A DNA stretch of 64,000 nucleotides from Vulcanimicrobiota bacterium. Its GTDB lineage: Bacteria; Vulcanimicrobiota; Vulcanimicrobiia; Eremiobacterales; Eremiobacteraceae. The number at the start of each line of letters is the position of its first letter. Position 1 is the stretch's first letter. The DNA lies in NCBI GenBank assembly GCA_963812135.1, contig CAWETU010000001.1:2048001-2112000 (forward strand), read 5' to 3'. The notes under the pieces are model-generated. The model ran no database searches. It had not been told where the DNA came from and saw nothing but the letters and a program-made list of their open reading frames with translations. Below are positions 60,914 through 64,000 of this stretch, piece by piece. The translations under genes and the position numbers were made by a program.

Positions 60914-61267
60914 TCATTGGCGCGGGGTGACGTTCTTGATCTGCGGCGTCGCATCCGACGGTGGGCGCCAATTGGCGGCCGCCGGATCCGCGCCCACGTT
61001 CGACTGATGCTCCCTGACGACGTTGGCAGGGCACAGCTTGACGAAGAACGTCACGAGCAGCATGAGCAGCGCGATATCGTCGATCGGCCCCATCAGCGGG
61101 ATGTCGCCGAGCAGGTCCACCGGCGAAATGATGACAAGGGCAGCGGCGGCGAGGCCCAGTTTGAGCACCGACGGAACCCGCGTGTCGAGGAACAGGCGCG
61201 ACGCGAGCATAGCTGTCTTGGGGAACTGCAGCGCCCAGCGTGCGGCAGAGACGAGAGATAAGGCCAT
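60914..61267 (-). CDS. DUF1232/YkvA family membrane protein
   Basis: D.RVP...K, SPVDLLGDIPLMGPIDD, P..VV.EH. Confidence 0.85.
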   Translation of the reverse strand: MALSLVSAARWALQFPKTAMLASRLFLDTRVPSVLKLGLAAAALVIISPVDLLGDIPLMGPIDDIALLMLLVTFFVKLCPANVVREHQSNVGADPAAANWRPPSDATPQIKNVTPRQ

Positions 61268-61344
61268 GGCGGTAGGAATCCTCCGGGCCTATTATACCCG
61301 AGGGACGCCGGGATTGTTACCTGTCAAAAAATGGGACGCTTGCA

Positions 61345-61368
61345 CGGTCGACTAAGGTCGACCGCTAC
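61345..61368 (-). repeat. REP-like palindrome, family A variant
   Basis: CGGTCGAC-TAAG-GTCGACCG-CTAC, with a compensatory stem change. Confidence 0.8.
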
Positions 61369-61383
61369 ATTTGGGGAGAGAGA

Positions 61384-62961
61384 TTGAAGTACGACGCCAT
61401 CATCATCGGCGGGGGCCACAACGGTCTCGTGACCGCCGGCTACCTCGCGCGCGCCGGGCGCAAAGTGCTGGTGCTCGAGCGCCGCTACATCGTCGGCGGC
61501 GCGTGCGTCACTGAAGAACCGTTTCCCGGCTTCAAAGTTTCGACTGCGGCGTACGTCAATAGCTTGTTCCGCCCCGAGATCATCCGCGACTTGCGGCTGC
61601 GCGATTACGGCTTCGACCTGATCGAGCGCAACCCGGCGTCGTTCTCACCGACGCTGGACGGTCGCTACCTCATGCTCGGCAGCGGTCTCGACTCGGATGT
61701 GCGCGAGATCGCGAAGTTCAGCAAAAAAGACGCGCAGGCGTATCCATTATACGAGCAGATGCTCGAGCGCGTCGCCTCGGTAGTCGAGCCGACGCTCATC
61801 CAGTCGCCGCCGAACATCGCCAAACCGGGCCTTGGCGACCTGTTCAAGATGGCCCCGATGGGCCGCAGGATGAGCAAACTCGGGTCGGCGATGGGCGAAG
61901 CGATCGAGGTGCTCACGGGACCCGCCAGTCCCATCTTGGATCGCTGGTTCGAATCAGAGCAATTGAAAGGGACGCTGGCGACCGACGCCATCATCGGCGC
62001 CTTCGCATCGCCGTCCATGCCGGGCACGGCGTACGTGCTCTTCCATCATGTCATGGGCGAGACCAACGGAAAACGCGGCGTGTGGGCGTACGTTCGAGGC
62101 GGCATGGGCGGGCTCACCCAAGCGCTCGCGCGTGCGGCTACCGACCTCGGCGCGGAGATCCGCACCGAAGCGGAGGTCTCGAAGATCCTCGTGCGAGACG
62201 GCGCGGTCGAAGGCGTGGTCCTGCGCAACGGCGATGAGCTCCGCGCGCGGCATGTCGCCAGCAACGTCGATTGCAATGTCACATTCTTGCAGCTGCTCGA
62301 CTCGAAGCTGCTGCCGGACGACTTCGTCGCGGCCGTCAAGCGCATCGATTACAGCAGCGCGTCACTGAAGATCAATGCGGCGGTGTCGTCGCTGCCCAAC
62401 TTCACTGCATGTCCGGGAACGGAGGCCGGGCCGCAGCATCACGGCACGGTGCATCTGGTGCCAAGCCAAGAGTTCATCGAGCGCGCATTTGACGACGCGA
62501 AGTACGGCTATCCTTCGAAAGAGCCGGTGGTCGAGTGCCAGTTCCCGTCCTCGCTGGATCCGAGCCTCGCGCCGGCCGGCAAGCACGTCATGTCGATGTT
62601 CGTGCAGTACGCGCCGTATCACCTCAAGGAAGGCACGTGGGACGACGCCACCAAAAACGCCTTTGCGGACCGCTGCTTCGACATCGTCGAGCGCTATGCG
62701 CCGGGGTTCAAGAGCACGGTGATCGCGCGCCAGGTGCTCAGCCCGGTCGATCTCGAGCGCACGTTCAATCTGACCGGCGGCAACATCTTCCAGGGATCGA
62801 TGTCGCTGCACCAGCTGTTCATGTTCCGGCCCGTGCCGGGTTTTGCGAACTACCGCACGCCGATCCGAGGCCTGTTCCTATGCGGCGCGGCCGCGCATCC
62901 CGGAGGCGGGGTTATGGGTGCCGCGGGTTGGAACGCGGCGCGTGAGATGTTGCGAGCGTAA
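61384..62961 (+). CDS. Phytoene dehydrogenase-like FAD oxidoreductase (PYROXD2-like)
   Basis: IIGGGHNGL, GGMGGLT, GGNIFQG, YRTPI.GLFLCG..AHPGGGVMG..G.NAA. Confidence 0.88.
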   Translation: MKYDAIIIGGGHNGLVTAGYLARAGRKVLVLERRYIVGGACVTEEPFPGFKVSTAAYVNSLFRPEIIRDLRLRDYGFDLIERNPASFSPTLDGRYLMLGSGLDSDVREIAKFSKKDAQAYPLYEQMLERVASVVEPTLIQSPPNIAKPGLGDLFKMAPMGRRMSKLGSAMGEAIEVLTGPASPILDRWFESEQLKGTLATDAIIGAFASPSMPGTAYVLFHHVMGETNGKRGVWAYVRGGMGGLTQALARAATDLGAEIRTEAEVSKILVRDGAVEGVVLRNGDELRARHVASNVDCNVTFLQLLDSKLLPDDFVAAVKRIDYSSASLKINAAVSSLPNFTACPGTEAGPQHHGTVHLVPSQEFIERAFDDAKYGYPSKEPVVECQFPSSLDPSLAPAGKHVMSMFVQYAPYHLKEGTWDDATKNAFADRCFDIVERYAPGFKSTVIARQVLSPVDLERTFNLTGGNIFQGSMSLHQLFMFRPVPGFANYRTPIRGLFLCGAAAHPGGGVMGAAGWNAAREMLRA

Positions 62962-63030
62962 TTTTTCGCAATACTCACCTTTCAGACAGCAGGCCTTATG
63001 CGGCATGCGTCAGTAGTTAGGCGCCTTAGC

Positions 63031-64000
63031 ATGCGCTTACTAGCTCGTCCGACACCGACCCAAACGGCACGAATCATCCTTCTCCTCTGCGTCAGCGCTG
63101 CGGCGCTGGCCACCGGCGCCTGCGCCAAGCGCGGCGGGTATCCGGGCGGCGGCGGCGGTGCGGGTGGTTTCGCATTTCCGGTAGCGGCCGCACCCATCGT
63201 GCGCGGCGACATCTCACAGTATGCCAGCGTGACAGGCACTGTCGTTGCCAAGCAAGTGGGCGATCTGTCTTCGGTCGCGTCGGGCAACGTGATCTCGGTT
63301 GGGGCGCAGATCGGCCAGCACGTCCGGCAGGGCCAGCTGCTCGTACAGATCGACGACACCACGCTGCGCGCGCAAGCAGCACAACAAGCGGCTAACCTCG
63401 CGGAGCTGGAAGCCACCGCGACCGGTGGATCGTCGACCGCTCAGGCGCAACTCCATTCGGCGCAAGTGGCGTACGATACCGCCGCGCGCAACCTGCAACG
63501 CAATCAGCAGCTGTTCACCCACGGCTACGTCTCGAAGTCCGCGCTTGACGACTCGGTCAGCGCCGCGGCGGCGGCGCAAGCTTCGCTTCGCTCGGCGCAA
63601 GTGGCCGCGCAGAACGCCAGTCTAAGCTCGGGCAACAGCGCGGCGACGGCTTCCATCGCGGCGGCACAGGCTTCGCTAGCCGCGGTCCAGCACCAGCTGG
63701 AGCAGACACGGGTGAGTGCGCCGTTTGACGGCGTGGTGACGCAACGCAACGTGGACCCCGGCTCGCTCGCCGTTCCCGGCACGGTTCTTATGGAAGTCTC
63801 GCAGCTCGACACCTTGTACGTCGATGCAGGCGTCGCGGGGAGCGATCTTGGCTACGTGCGCGTCGGCACGCCGGTGACCATCACGGTTGCGGGATTGACC
63901 GGGCGCTCGTGGCAGGGTACCGTGCGCTATCTCAACGCATCGGCAGACCCGGGCACGTCGGTGTACAAGGCGCGCATCCCGCTCGCTAACCCCGATCTCG
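63031..64000 (+). CDS. RND efflux periplasmic adaptor subunit (partial)
   Basis: Manual translation: lipobox TGAC, G.V..V....G..V..GQLLVQID, coiled coil, APFDGVV..RNVDPG. Confidence 0.88.
   Translation, partial: MRLLARPTPTQTARIILLLCVSAAALATGACAKRGGYPGGGGGAGGFAFPVAAAPIVRGDISQYASVTGTVVAKQVGDLSSVASGNVISVGAQIGQHVRQGQLLVQIDDTTLRAQAAQQAANLAELEATATGGSSTAQAQLHSAQVAYDTAARNLQRNQQLFTHGYVSKSALDDSVSAAAAAQASLRSAQVAAQNASLSSGNSAATASIAAAQASLAAVQHQLEQTRVSAPFDGVVTQRNVDPGSLAVPGTVLMEVSQLDTLYVDAGVAGSDLGYVRVGTPVTITVAGLTGRSWQGTVRYLNASADPGTSVYKARIPLANPDL

Overview
High-GC bacterial chromosomal window with no integrase, transposase, phage gene or CRISPR array that I can see. From left to right: a LexA-boxed DinG-family helicase; tdh-kbl; a GH125 glycosidase and an MFS transporter; a ~10 kb minus-strand metal-handling run (9.0-19.1 kb); add and DUF1028; an initiator tRNA-fMet interrupted by a 312-nt group I intron (22068-22453); a ~21 kb accessory-looking stretch rich in secreted hypotheticals (sulfatase, DyP, patatin, phosphoesterase, cytochrome c); then a core pxpBCA-rimP-nusA-ylxR-infB-rbfA-nrnA-truB-ribF superoperon with several extra genes, and finally YyaL-like, phytoene-dehydrogenase-like and RND adaptor genes. 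The metal run comprises a DtxR/IdeR regulator with its own operator, a two-domain multicopper oxidase fused to a ZIP transporter, TlpA, an M48 protease, an RcnA-like protein, a NiCoT permease fused in frame to DUF4331, and a TPR protein. Two families of GTAG-tagged REP-like palindromes occur (about 14 copies). Many abut or supply stop codons, and five are translated inside genes, including truB. Six or seven single-base frameshifts probably reflect long-read assembly errors. The strongest candidates for something new are the MCO-ZIP fusion with its operon, the tRNA-fMet intron and the translated REPs. All assignments come from motif recognition by eye; no database search was run.
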